Assembly: GCA_030704615.1 (NCBI GenBank)
Contig: CM060731.1
Location: 87,110,001-87,174,000 of the forward strand
Origin: Takakia lepidozioides
Lineage: Eukaryota; Plantae; Bryophyta
Direction: 5' to 3'
Length of the DNA stretch: 64,000 bases
The notes beneath the pieces were generated by a model. The model saw only the letters and a program-made list of their open reading frames with translations, was not told the DNA's origin and ran no database searches. Position numbers and translations under genes: made by a program. This document shows, one piece after another, positions 47,774-61,411 of this stretch. Positions within the stretch are counted from its first letter, which is position 1, and every line of letters begins with the position of its first letter.

Positions 47774-50700
47774 CAAATTTGTACTTTGAAGCTTTGGCAT
47801 ACAGCTTCCCTTCCTGCAATTTTTGGAACACCCTTTTGAGGTGTTCCATGTGCTCTTCCTTTGTTTTCGAGTACACCAAGATGTCGTCGATGTACACGAT
47901 CACAAAGTCATCCAACCACTCCTGGAAAAGACTGTTCATTAGCGTGCTAAAGGTTGCGGGTGCGTTGGTGAGCACAAAAGGCATCACCAAGAACTCATAT
48001 GAACCATATCTTGTCCTGCACGCGGTATTCTCCTCATCTCCTTCTGCCACTCGGATTTGATGGTAGCCCGAGCGCAAATCGATCCGGCTGAAATACTTCA
48101 CTCTTGCCGACCGATCGAAGAGGTCGATGATCCTTGGCAAAGGGTACCGGTTCTTGATAGTCACCTTATTTAGAGCCCTGTAATCAATACACATCCGCAG
48201 CGTCCCATCCTTCTTGTCTGCGAATAACACCGGGGCTCCGTAAGGTGACTTACTCGGCCGAATGTACCCCTTTGACATTAGATCCTTGAGCCGAGTCTTC
48301 AGCTTGACCAACTCTCTGTGGCTCAACCGGTAGGGCACCTTGGCAGGCGGCTCCGATCCTGGTATCACCTCAATCTTGTGGTCAACTCCTCTTCGCGGTG
48401 GCAAGCCGCTTGGTAAATCCTCCGGCATCACATCCTGATATTTCTCCAAAATCCCCTTGATCCAATCTGGGCTTGGCTCCCTATCGCCTTCTCCCTTCAC
48501 TTGTCTTACGTAAAGCAAAAACTAGGGCTCGTGTGGCTCATCCACGGCCCACTCCTTTGCTGATAGTAGGTTTATTCGCCCTCCCACTGGGTTGGGCGTT
48601 TCCGAAACTCGTAACACTTCGCTACCATTCCCACATGGTAGCGTGACTACTCTTTTGCGGCCATCTATGACCGCTCCGGATTTGCTCAAAAAGGTCATCC
48701 CCAAAATGAGATCTACTCCATCGATCTCACAAATGGTGAAGTTCTCACGTCCCTCCCCAACTCCCCAGCCGAAGGGGAACATCGAACGCCAACATCGGTT
48801 TATGCAAAGCACCAGTTTCCTGATACAACTCACAAGAGTAGTTGCCTACCTTGCAAGTCTTGGCGACCACCGCCTCCACCAAGCGGCTAATAGAATCTTC
48901 GGACAGCTCCGTGGCCGCCCGAGTCATGTTCAATTGTCGGGGTTTCGTGCACTTCTTGGCCATGTGCCCGGGCTCCCCGCAATTAAAGCACACTCCATCG
49001 AAGGTCGCCTTCTGTCTGCCATAAGCCGCCACACCTGATTTTCTTTTCGGAGCACCGGGTGCCGCCTTGACGTGTGAAGGCCCTCCCTTCGATTTCCACG
49101 TGCCATTGTCGCCGCGTGGCCTATCCAACTTCTTTTCCGGTCGGAAGGAGTCACCCTCCCGCCGGGTCTTCTTGTGGTTCAGCTCCGTACACCTTGTCTT
49201 TCGCCCCTACGGACATCCGAGAAACATTCAACCCTCTCAATTGCCTCGTTCAAAGTCTTAGGTGACTTCTACTCCAACTTCCACCTGGCCCACGGGGCCA
49301 ATCCCGCCACAAAGTTGAAGACCATTTCTGGTTCTGCCATGTCCGCGACTTTGAGCAACAACACATTGAAAGCTTGAACATATCCCCAAATGTCATCCAT
49401 TTGCTTCAAATTCCTCATCTTGTCCCGAGCGAGCCAGGACGCGTTGAGGGGCACAAACTGTCTCTTCATAAGTTCCTTGAACCCACTCCAGTTCAAGGTT
49501 TCCGGGTTTGGACCTCGGTCATGAAGACGTTTCTGCCACCATTGTTGAGCATAGCCCCTCAAATAGGTGGGAGCCACTTCCACCCGATCCTCGTCACTCA
49601 ACTTAGCCGCTCGGAAGTACTGCTCCAGCTACAAGAGCCAGGTGTTTAGTGCCTTCCGATTTCGGATGCTCTTGAAGGTGCCGGGTTCCTTAGGCTTCAC
49701 CTTAAACTTTGCCTTTGTGGAAGTGGCATTAGCCGCCTTCAACACGTCTTTCAACGTCCCACCAAACTGCGCCAATAACCCTTCCCAAAAGACTGCCGGT
49801 ATGGGAGGCATCTCTCGGTCTGTCGGAGCCTCTGGGGAGTCCTTAGGCTCCAACTCCTCAGATTCCTCCCATTCTTGAGCGGTCTTGCTTTCAAAAGCAT
49901 TAATCGCCTCCTCAAATTGCCGCTTTGGTGACACGTCGCCTCCACCAGGCTCACCAGGATCATCATCTTTCGGGCCGTTCCGCTTTCGCTTTGGCTTGCC
50001 CGACCCCATGATGAGGCCAATCTCAAGGACGATCGCGTACTAAACTCTAAGCTCTAATACTAAGTGTTGCGCACCTCACTTCGGTAAACTCCCCTTCAAG
50101 TCATAGTTACTCGCTTTGATGCGCGCTCCTAACTCCCAAACTGGCCGCCGGGCCAACTCGGAGCTTCGGCTGCTCACCGGGACATAACGGTCCCCCTTTA
50201 CTCCCCCACTTGACCCTCTCTCAATTTGGGCCAAGTGGAAATTCCCCTTGGTCGATGGCAGTCCGGAACAGCTCCCCACACCTTGGTCACTTTCCGGCTC
50301 GCACGCTTACTCACTAGTTTTTGGTCACCAACGGGCTTGCACCGTTCTCGGGTTACTCCTCCCTATATATACTTCTGTGACTGTCCGCGGGGGTTTCACA
50401 AACAACCATGCCATTTTATGGCGAACCACCACGAAAACCCTCGATTCTCGGTGATGAGTCGCGGTGAGTCTTGGCCCACTCACCACGGCCCCATTGGACC
50501 GTGAGGAGTCCCAAGACTCCCCACGACTCCCACCACAAGGTCTCCGCCCCCATGGTGAGTCCTATGCCACCCCCACTAAGTCCCACTAAGCTACCACCAC
50601 CCCTCGTGGAACCACCCCCACCGCAACTCGGTGTGCGGGGCTCCACCTAGTGAGCGCCTCCGCCTCCTTGAGTGCCTTTGGGCACTCAAGGGTGCTTCAG

Positions 50701-50790
50701 CCCCCGTATCTATTGTTGCCATTGCCCCCACCACAGGGGCAGCCCCTCTTGTGTCCCGACCCCCTGCCCTCAAGGCGAAGGGACGCAACA
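47774..50790 (-). mobile_element. Second Ty3/gypsy element, 5' half (LTR, PBS, gag, protease remnant, RT), decayed
   Basis: [13 protein letters not shown]...YIDDIL (47774-48518), knuckle CFNCGEPGHMAKKC, gag 49269-50009, and a degenerate tRNA-iMet PBS at 50051-50062. Confidence 0.88.
50065..50790 (-). repeat. 5' LTR of gypsy 2
   Basis: Bounded by the inverted termini TGTTGCG...CGCAACA next to the PBS; partner LTR not in window. Confidence 0.65.
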
Positions 50791-50885
50791 GTAGGCAAGA
50801 GTGGTTGTACTCCTCCAGATGCAGCCCTAACCACTTACATATCACTATGGCAGTAATAATTCCAATACACGTCTGGATGACCCAG

Positions 50886-51075
50886 TGAGTGGTTTTAGCA
50901 CACAACCTAACCACTACATCAATACTGGTACAACCACTCAGTCCGTGGTTTTAGCACACAAACTAACCATTACTGCAATACAACCTAACCACTACTTCAA
51001 TACTGTTATGCCATTCAGAAAGTGGTTTTAGCACACAACCTAACCACTACTGCAATACTGGTAGAACCACTCAAT
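50886..51075. repeat. Short tandem repeats GTGGTTTTAGCACACAACCTAACCACTAC, CACTA-subterminal-like
   Basis: Three near copies; the AGTGGTT/AACCACT motif resembles 28480-28745. Confidence 0.5.
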
Positions 51076-51845
51076 AAGTGATAATATACATTGTTTATTC
51101 TCGTTTCAGAAAGCATAGGATGCCAATATTTGCAACCAAAGCTGCAACAACAGCCGCAACAACACCCAAAATCTTCGCATGAACTATGATGATGGGAATC
51201 TTTCCTTCTTGCCTTTGTCACATACACTCACCCCTCTCTAACATCAGTGGTATCATGATTCAGTCCATTCGCATCTACAAAGCAAAGCCAAAGAGCTCAA
51301 CCAGTATAAGAGTTTCACTCGAGTCTTTGAAGTCGCCGTCTCTGCGAAATTCTGTTACAACCAATTCACAGAAATGATGACGATGACGTGGCTGACGACG
51401 ACAACGTGGTGTGTTGACGATGACGTGTCTACGATGATATGGCGACAATGACATGGAACTATGGCACCCTATTCCTGATCTACGCTAAACTAGTCTCCGA
51501 CCTTCAGTCGTCGCTAGAACTAGGGCTTTGCGTTGCTCCGCACATATATCACAAGTACAGGGAACGGCATTGGAAGTGCCACCACTTTTTTTCTTGGATA
51601 ATTCAAAGACGGAGAAATGGATGAATTCCGTTCGCACATAATGATGATACCCGCATCCAAATACGGTTAACAATGTCCAATTTGTATTTTTGATACATTC
51701 CAAAGCAACCCTTGTCGCAAACGTCAAACTGGAGAGCTGTAGAGGCAGCGTGGGGAGCCCTTGTTTCCACCGGAGGAAGAAGAGAAGGAAGTCGTTATAC
51801 TTTACGAGCACTAGGGACAGGAAGAGAGCCAGAGATAGAGTGAGG

Positions 51846-54800
51846 ATGAAAAGAGTAGACGAAGAGGGAAACGAGGAAAGCTTGGCGATGCAAGAGTGGG
51901 ATTTTGAAGTGGAACAACAGCCCCCCATACATCCGAGAACAGGTGAGGAGGAGACTGCATCTGAGGGAGAGACGGACGCCGAAGATATTGATGCTGGCCT
52001 CATGAAGAAGCAAACAGTGGAAAAAAGGATGGGGGAGATGCTCCAAAACATGCTCAACATAGACAACAGTCCGAAGCGCAAACGGTCTCCGGCGATTGGT
52101 GAGACTTTGAGAGCAGCACAAAGAAAGGTACAAGTGTTGTTCACTGCTACATATTGATTTTGCTTCATGTTATGCTGGCCCAGTTATGCAATCTGAGGTA
52201 AGTGCAAGAAGAAACCATTATGGGGTGCCGCACAATGTTGGTGCTGGTTCGGTCATGTTGTTTCCGGTTTGCAGGTTCAATCCACCCCTAATTGTTTGAG
52301 CCCCCCGTTGTGCTTGATTTTTGATGAGAAAATCGGCAACCATCGGCCACTCTGGCAGGTTGTAAACACCCCTTATTGGAAGCTCAGACAGTGTGCGGCA
52401 ACGCACACTGTTAGAGCCCACATTTCTGCTTGTTTATTGTTGTGAAAATCGACCACCTTGGGCCCACTCTGGCAGGTTGTAAACACCCCTTATTGGAAGC
52501 TCAAACTGTGTGCAGCAACGCACACTGTTTGAGCCCCCCTTTGTGCTTGTTTTTTGATGTGAAAATCGGCCACCTTCGGCCACTCTGGCAGGTTGTAAAC
52601 ACCCCTAATTGGAAACTCAAACAGTGTGCGACAACGCACACTGTTTCAGCCCCCCTTTGTGCTTGTTTTTTGATGTGAAAATCGGCCACCTTCGGCCACT
52701 CTGGCAGGTTGTAAACACAATTGGAAGCTCAAACAGAATGCGGTAAAACACACTGTTTGAGCCCCCCGTTGTGCTTGTTTTTTTATGTGAAAATCGGCTA
52801 CCATGGGGCACTCTGGCAGGTTGTAAACACCCCTAATTGGAAGCTCAAACAGTGTGCGGCAACGCACACTGTTTCAGCCCCCCTTTGTGCTTGTTTTTTG
52901 ATGTGAAAATCGGCCACCGTGGGGATTTCGGGCAGGTTGTAAACACACCTAATTGGAAGCTCAAACAGTGTGCGTCAACGCTCACTGTTTTAGCCCTCAT
53001 TTGTGCTTGATTTTTTATGAGAAAATGGCCACCTTCAGCCACTCTGGCAGGTTGTAAACACCCCTTATTGGAAGCTCAAACAGTGTGCGGCAACGCACAC
53101 TATTTGAGCCCCCCTTTGTGCTTGTTTTTTGATGTGAAAATCGGCCACCATGGGGCACTCTGGCAGGTTGTAAACACCCCTAATTGGAAGCTCAAACAGT
53201 GTGCGGCAACGCACACTGTTTGAGCCCCCCGTTGTGCTTGTTTTATGATGTGAAAATCGGCCAATCTCCTTGCTCCCAAGTTTTTTGGCTAGTTTGCAGT
53301 GCATGCAAAAGTGTATATAAGGGAGATGAACCTTAAATGGATAGTCTCTGGCAGGTTGTAAACACACCTAATTGGAAGCTCAAGCAGTGTGCGTCAACGC
53401 ACACTGTTTGAGCCCCCCTTTGTGCTTGTTTTTTGATGTGGAAAAAGGCCTATCAAGGCCAGTATGCCTTGTTCAAATCACCCATTATTGGAAGCTGAAA
53501 CAGTGTGCGTCAACGCACACTGTTTTTGGCCCCGTCTCTGCTTGTTTTTTGATGTGAAATTGGCCCACACAGGGGCAGTATGCCATGCTCAAAATACTCA
53601 TAGTTGGAAGCACAAACCGTGTGCGGCAACGCACACTGTTTGTGGCCCCTTCACTGCCTGTTTTTTTATTTGAAAATTGGCCACTCAGGGCCAATATGCC
53701 ATGTTCAAATCACCCCTATTTGAGAGCTCAAACAGTGTGCGGCAACGCACAATATTTTTGGCCTCCTCTCTGCCTGTTTGTTTTATGTGGAAATGTGCCT
53801 CATAGGGCCAAATTGTCATGTTCAAATCAACCCTATTTGGAAGCTCAAGCAGTGTGCGGCAATGCACACTGTCTGTGCCCCACTCTCTGCCTGTTTTTTG
53901 ATTTGATAATCGGCCACTCAGGGCCAGTGTTCCATGTTCAAATCACCCATTATTGGAAGCTCAAACAGTGTGCGGAAACGCACACTGTGTTTGGCCCCCT
54001 CTCTGCTTGTTTTTTGATGTGACATTGGGCCACACAGGGCAAGTAGGCCATGCTCAAAACACCTATAGTTGGAAGCAAAAACAGTGTGCGGCAACGCACA
54101 CTGTTTTTGGCCCCCTCTCTAGTTATTTTCTGATGTGAAATTGGACCACACAGGGCCTGTCTGCCATGCTCAAAACATCATCGTTTCTTGCCTCTCTCTT
54201 ATATCAATTTGAATGAACAACCCTGCAGGAGAAGATGCAAAGGGTGGCGGATGAGAACCCTTCGGGGCAGGAGAAGGAGATCATTGTTGATGTGGACGAT
54301 GAGTTCTATGAAAGCAAAGCTGCTGAGATGCTGGGGGGTCAGAAGGTAAACTCTCAGCTTGTGGTGCAAAGTATGCTTGCCCCGGGTGGGAGGTTGAAGA
54401 TTCCCCTGTGTAGGTTGGTTTCCATGCCGGTCGTTCGTCCACCCCTAATGAAGGACATCCAGAAGCTGGAAGCCGAGTTTGTTCATGGGTATTTGGATGG
54501 ATCCGTAGTCTTTTACGTTTCTACTAGGGATTCCAGAGGCAATGAGCTCCTTGTGGATGAGTCAATCGTGGACTCTTGGGATCCCATTTAGAGACAGGTG
54601 AACGAATCCTTCAAACTTCTTCTCTCCAGGAAACCTTTGACCCAGGCATTCTTAGGGCAGATGTTTCACGTATGGGATGGCAACCACCGGTTGCTTGCAT
54701 GGATGGCTGTCATTGGGAGGCTGCACTCACAGGAGGAAGAGTGGCATTACTGTGTTCGATCAATGGTGCTGGATTGTGACGGGAACATGATGGGTCTTTT

Positions 54801-57765
54801 GACGGCAATGAATGATATGAACAGGTTGGTTTCTCACTCCACATGTTCCAGTTGTGGTTCCGTGGTTCTTTGGTTCCAGTCCTCTATTGACGGTTCTTGA
54901 ATTTCATTATGACTTTCACACATCATTCTGCAGATGGACGGAGACATCGCATGTCAAAACGAGTCTGGTTCACACACTGTACAAGATACAAAGGATCGGG
55001 CAGATGCCCTTGACCAACTTCAAGACCATCCTTTCAACAGAGACGTACAAGAAGTGCGAAAGCTCCAAGACATCAGAAACATGGTACTCGTTGACCCGTG
55101 AGGCTTTCATGGAGTATATGTACGCGGTGAGATACATCTTCCATCATCTGGCCTTTCGATATTCCTGCTTCCAGATGTTTGTTTTTGTGTGTTTCCCTTG
55201 CCCTTGGGTTGATGCAACTCTCGTGCATTCCCTTGCAGCAAGACATTGCAGATGCAGGACAACGTGACAAACTAGAATACTACAGCTCTACCCCTGAGGA
55301 GAGAAGGACAACAAAGGGGGTTGAGAGTCACATCAAGCAAGAGATGACCGCCACAAGAAGAACTATTATGAGTGCTTTTGTTAAGTAGTTGAGAATTGCC
55401 GACCCATCATTCGGACCGCAGTTTCCTCAAGAGGTGAAAAACCATTACAACAAGCCAGGCAAGCCGGAGATGGCCCAGGAGAAGTTACACAGGTTGTCTA
55501 CCGCCGTTGTGTCTTCAGAACAGAAGGTGAAGTGGCTACAGATATGGAACTCCGATCCCACTGTTAGGGATACCCACATGTTCCCCAGGCCGGAGAAAGA
55601 GAAGAAGACCCAGCGTGTCATTCCTGTCAGTGACAATATGATGGACACATGGCTTCACAAGGCCACTTACTAGAGCTAGGTATGATGTCCTTTGATGTGT
55701 CACTGTCATTTCTCTTTTCTGTCGTTCTCTTTCCATGTTACATTGGCTGTGATTGATTTCTAGCTCATTCTTGCATTCGAATTGATTTACAGTTGGAGGA
55801 AAGAGCCCAGTTTGTTCTACATACGCAGCTGGCTGACTATGGCATCACCATGACAGCACCGAAGGTCTCCTTCCAAGCATACATGCGGAAATGGAGAGCC
55901 ATAGTGTGGCAATCTTGTTTCTTCAGGGAGTTCAACAAAGAGGGTGGCATCAGTCGAACAAATGAGCTTGACCAGCAAGAGAAAGGAGAGGAAGCCTGGA
56001 AACGATGCCTTTACAGGTGCGAAATAGACTATGCTTCTTTGATTTGCAAAGACACACTCTCCTCCATCCAACCTGTTTTGTGCTGGCTCATATGAGTGTG
56101 CGGTGCCGCACACACATTTGCTCTATCATTGTGTAGTAACACCAACGTGCACACCCTGGGCCCTTCAGGCTATTTTGTGTGTGGTGGTTGCAGTGTGCGG
56201 TGTCGCATACTCTTTTTAGGGGGTCTTCGTGATGTGGTAGAAAAGCTGGGAGACAATAGTTGCATTGCATAATGAGGCTGTCTCTGTGCCTGCAGGTACA
56301 TAAAGTATGTTCTCATGGCAGAGAACTGCTTGGACAAACATCCTGATTTCGTGGACCTGTGGCTAGTTCCTGCTGACAACCAGACCATGTTTACTACGGG
56401 GATCTTGCAGGACTGGGGCCTAGACCATCTTTCTGCCTGTGGTTGGTATTTGGATTGCCCTGTTTCTGAGACCCCAGCGCAGGAGGTGTCTTTGAGGAGA
56501 GAGTATGAGCATGTGGCAGCTACCGCCGCAGCTGCCGACCTCGAGATTCATGATAGAAATTTGAGGACACTTGCAGAGAAGGAGCCTCCCGCTCAGGATA
56601 CCCCGGGTAAAGGTAGAAAGGCGAAGGGAAAGGATGTTGCTGTTGGTGTGGGGAAAGGAAGGGGTAGGGGGAAGGGAGCGCAATGGCAGGTTGTTGGGCA
56701 GGGAAGTGTTGTAGAAACTGGCCCTGCGGCGGATGTCCAGCCGACCAAAGAGACTCCACCGCATGGTAGGGGATCCGGGAGAAAGAACAAGGGGGTGGTT
56801 GATCCTACGGACCCGTACCATGCGGTGGAGCATCCCACGAGGGTCATTCGCCCTACCAGGTTGGAGATGGCCAACGTCGGGTTCCTTGCCATGATGGAGT
56901 CCAGGAAATCTGATTACAAGGGCGATCCATCACTAGTGTGGGAGAGGATTGTGGAGTTCCTCAGCACGGTGCGTGTTGTCTTTTGCTTCTTGTGTTTTGT
57001 GGGCATGGCTCGTTTCAAGCGTCTTGAGCATTTCATTGCATGCTTGTTTGCAGGCTAAAATGACCAGATCCTGGGTTGACGGGAAGGAGAAGCCATATGC
57101 AGCCGAACTCATCATCTTAGACATCCCTGATGGGTTGCCAGTCCCGGATGTCCCTCTAGCTAGTGCTTGTCCAGGTTAGAATGCTTTTGATGAGCGCTAC
57201 TGGCAGTGGGTTTTCTCCTTTTGCAATTTCTTTCTATCCGATGCAGGTGTTTTGGTGCTCATCCAGTCCATCGACCTTCGCTATCGCCGTGCACTTGCCA
57301 GCTATTTGAAAGCCTTTGGTATGAGGGTCGTGAAGACATGGAATTGTGTGAACAACATGTACCTGACGAAGGGGGATCATCCGTGAGAGATGGTAAATCT
57401 GCCTTCTTATTCCTCTTCTTGGTGGTTCTTGGATGGAGTTCCATAAGTCGCTCAACTGAATATGTAGGGGCCTGGTTTTCAAGCTTCTTAGTTCCTTGTG
57501 GATGTCCTGTTCGCAGACTCGTCTGTTTGAAGCTGTTTGTCTCGTCCGGGTTCATCCACCTACGACTCCAGCCGTCATTAGGGAGTTCGCCATCACTCAT
57601 GGGGGCAAGTTCATAGACAAGAGGACAGATCCTCCCACGGATGACATGCACCACAACTACGTGGACAACAACGTGTGCTTGCGAAGGGGGAATGGGGTTC
57701 CTTGGAGAGGGGCCAGGGAGAGGAGCCCGGCTTTCATTCAAACGATTGTGGAGTGCTGCACCTAC
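51846..57765 (+). pseudogene. Family C accessory gene (ParB-like + MTase-like), with stops, truncated before motif I
   Basis: RLKIPLCRLVSMPVVRP, FHVWDGNHRLLAW (54598-54900), LIILDIPDG (~57110), RGARERSPAFIQTIVECCT. Intron positions match A/B; first exon tentative. Confidence 0.82.
52300..54175. repeat. ~116-bp tandem array carrying the family C palindrome AAACAGTGTGCG-N4-CGCACACTGTTT
   Basis: About 15 units; unit starts at 52351, 52468, 52584, 52700, 52812, 52928, 53043 and 53159. Ends just before the acceptor at 54228. Confidence 0.95.
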
Positions 57766-57904
57766 ACACACCTGCTCACGACGTAGCCACATTCCAATGC
57801 AGGGGCTTAATATGTTGATAACGTCTAAATGGATGCAATGGATAGAAAGGATGGATACAATGGATGTAACACATCAAGTCTGCATTCCCTGGAAAAGGCT
57901 GATC

Positions 57905-58036
57905 AACCCGCAGTAATAGGTGACACCCGCGGAAATAGGCCCTGTATGCATGCTGACGTGGCGTGAGCCTATGCTGGGCTCACGGTTTCCTGGGCTCACA
58001 GGCTCAGGCCTCCGGGCTCACGGAATAGCACCCCCC
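57905..58036. repeat. Family C right TIR with GCTCAC subterminal repeats
   Basis: ...GGGCTCACGGAATAGCACCCCCC, same layout as the A/B termini. Confidence 0.8.
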
Positions 58037-60600
58037 ATGGCTGGAGATTCTAATATGGTCGATAATTACAATGATCGCATGGCTCACTCTACTCAGTTCC
58101 TCTCGGACTCGGAGCAGATAGCATGGGACATGCTCTGCTTCTCAGTAGGGTTAGTTGATGCTTTCTTGATCTCTGAAGAAAGCCTAAAGTATACTTGGTC
58201 CAATTTACATCTCCCTCCTAATGTCAGCATGGCCAGGTTGGATAGAGTATACTACACTCATTCTCCCCTATCTTAGTCCAAATGTCTCCCCCAAGGTCCA
58301 ATCCTTCCGGACTTTGACCATGCAGAGGTTGCGATCTCTTTCACTCCACCAGGCACCCATTCCAGAGGAAGGGGATACTTTAAGCTCAACCCTGCGATCT
58401 TGAAGAACGCTGATTACCTCCAATCTTTGAAGCAGGTCTGGATGGAGACAGGGAATGACTTCCGATCTCCAACTACTTCCTTCCTGCACAAAGTAACGGC
58501 CACAAGGAAGAAGGCTCAAGTTCTTTCTAGGGCTATGGCAATGGAAAGGACTCGGCGACAAAAGGCTCTGACCAAATCCTGTCTCACTGCGAAAGGAGGC
58601 TGGAAAATGGAAGCAATGACTTCGTCACGATTGACTCATACCTCACTACGAAGCGCAATCCGGGGATATTGTCAGCTGAATTGGAGAACTTCATGAGAAT
58701 CCATGCGGGTGTAAATTAGTCTATGAAGGGCTTACTTTTTTCAGAAAACAAAGTAGTGGAGGGAGGCAACGCAAATAAGTTCTATATCAGATTCCAATGG
58801 AGTTGTGATATCCAAGCCTAAAAAGATGGTTGAAGAGGCGGCCAACTACTTCGCTGCTCTTTTTTCCTTGCCTCTGAGGATTCCAAGGCAGAGGTCCTTA
58901 TATCTTTTCCGTCTTTGTTAGCTGTTGTAGATCAGGCTGCCTTATCTCAGATATGGAGCTGCTGCAAGCAACTGAATCCTTAAGTTCTATGAAGACCCCT
59001 AGTCTTGACGGCCAATCACTTTGCTAAACTCTTCATACAAAATCTTGGCGAAATGTCTGGCTCTGCGGCTTCAACCTTTGCTGCCCAAGCTAATAAGACC
59101 GGAGCAAACTAGTTTCTTCAGAAACAGGATGATCCTTGACAACATTCTGCTCACTCACGAAGCCCTGAACACAGCGAATCATGCTCAGCAACCATTAGCC
59201 CTGCTCATGCTCGACTTTCAGAAGGCCTTTGACAATATAAATTGGAAGTACTTGTTGGGTGCCCTGAAAGCAACTGATATTGTCGGCAGCTTCTTATCTT
59301 GGATTGGTATCCTTCTCTCCTCTGCTTCTAGTAGAGCGATGATTAATGGTGCGATTTCTAGAGCTTTTCCCCTTTTTAAATCAGTCAGGCAAGGATGCCC
59401 CCTTACCCCTTTCCTCTTTCTCATCGCGGTGGAGTATAGCCTGGGTCACCTTATGGATAAAAGAAATGACTCTCTTGGCCTTGTTATCCCCCACTCCTTG
59501 TCTTTGAACCCCTCCTCTTCTATTGATCCTCCCTCTACGCTGATGACACTACCTTGTATTGACAATAGCTCAGTCAACAACACTCTCCGGTCCCTGAACT
59601 GTTTCTGTGAAGCTTCTGGAAGCTCTGCTCACGACCTTTATGATGAATGTCGTTTTGCTGTTGTGCTCTCGAAAATATAGAGGAAGCTCACCTATTGGAG
59701 TTCCTTGCACTTGTCTATATGGGGCAGGGCGTTGATTGCCAACCAGGTCATCCTTGCCTCTTCCTGGTTCTCAGCTGCGGTCTGGTCTCCTGGTGCCCCA
59801 TTCATCAAAAAGGTAAAGGCGATGGTATGCAACTTTATCTGGGGGGCTACATCAACATCTGCAAATAAGAGGGCATTGGTCAGTTGGGCGCAAATCTGTC
59901 TAAAGCATAAGCATGGAGGTCTTGGGGTCCTAGATCCTGAATCCCAAATGTTGCTTTATTGGCAAAGTGGGTGCCGAGGGTCTTCACCCACCTGCAGAGG
60001 CCCTGGAGCAGGCTCGTTAGACACCATATTGCAGCAGCAATTCCAAAAACCATTGCCCTGTGGCCTTCTTCACTCAGATGGATTGTTCAAGGTGGTTCCA
60101 CGAATGTTAACCTTAGCATTGTGCCCAAAGCTTGGTAGACTATCTGGTCTGCATGGTATAAGCTGCGGGGTTTCCTTGTTCAAACGATGCCCTCTTCCTT
60201 TGATGAAGTTATCAGACAACCGTTGTTTCGTAATTATAATCGTGATTCTGAAGACCTTGTGCTTTGCTCCAAAAGATGGTTTTACTGGGAGCAAGCAGGC
60301 CTGTCTCATCCTATGCACTTTTGGGATGTAAATGCAGGCGCACCAATCTTACCCGAGATGGCTGCTGTTGGCTTCTCCTCTAGAAGAGTAGCCTCTGGAT
60401 GACATATTGTTATGGGAAGCCTCCCCCAGAGGTGGTTGAACCTGCTCTCCAACAGTCAAGGCTTGGCCCTTCCCAGATGGATGGGGTTCCACTCTAATAC
60501 TGGGCCAAAAGTGATGTATATTACAGCCTCGGCTAGAGATCAATATCTGGGTGTCTCTTTTAATGTGCAGGGAAATGGTATCTTGACCAAGCCATTTGAA
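58037..60600 (+). mobile_element. Decayed L1/Tx1-like LINE (endonuclease 3' half, RT)
   Basis: MAGDSN, ARLDRVY, LLNSSYKILAK, LDFQKAFD, VRQGCPL and GGLGV, with frameshifts. Confidence 0.85.
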
Positions 60601-60839
60601 ACTCAATTCCCTGCCGGTACGATATCAGAATTGTGTGCTACATTCAGAGCCGAGTCTGATGACAGGCAAAACAGGCTGCAATAGGTCAAAGAAGAAGGCC
60701 CCCTCAGCACCACCCAACCACCTAACTTCAGAATTCAACATGCATTCAGGGCCGAGTCTGATGAGAGGGCAAAACAGGCTGCAATAGGTTGAAGAAGAAG
60801 GTGCCCTCACCACCACCCAACCAGCTAACCTACAAGCCT

Positions 60840-61145
60840 ATGCCGAACCAGTTCGGACCACTTTCGAACCTGTGGCACTGTTCGGCACCTATGTTTTCTA
60901 AGAAAAAGTTTTTTTTTTAATTTTTAATTTTTAAAAAGTGTATGAAATGGTGTTCGGTGCCGAACCTTCAATATTTGAGGGGTTATATGCAATATGAATT
61001 TAGTAAAAATCTCATTTGGAATCCAAAATGGAAATATTATATAAACTGAACCTATCCCGAACCTGGAAGTTGTTCGGCAAACAAGTCCGGGCGGGTCGGT
61101 GACGTTCGGCAAAACCTGCTCACTGCTCATGGATTTTCAGCCCCC
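60840..61145. mobile_element. Terminal fragment of a further related MULE (family E)
   Basis: Ends GCTCATGGATTTTCAGCCCCC, the same layout as the A/B TIR. Contains GTTCGGTGCCGAAC (60952-60965) and several GTTCGGCA half-sites. Confidence 0.6.
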
Positions 61146-61411
61146 TGTAAATGCAATGACAGGGTAGAGTAGTGTTCCCACACCATGTTCTATGCCCCAA
61201 GACCAAGTTCTATGTCTGGGGCAGGGATATCATTACCATAACAGGCTGTAATCAGAGCACGCGCCAGGTGCTCACTAGCACGTGAACTCCCAAAGAAGGC
61301 ACAAGTTTCTTTGCCCCTTGGATGGGAGTCACCCGATTTCGGCACTGCGTAAATACACGATTAATCCAATTTACCTCTCCCACTTTTGTAAGCTAGCATG
61401 CATTCTACACA

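Noticed and set aside
60645-60830. Two-copy ~100-bp duplication after the LINE
   Set aside because: A simple local tandem duplication with no further structure.
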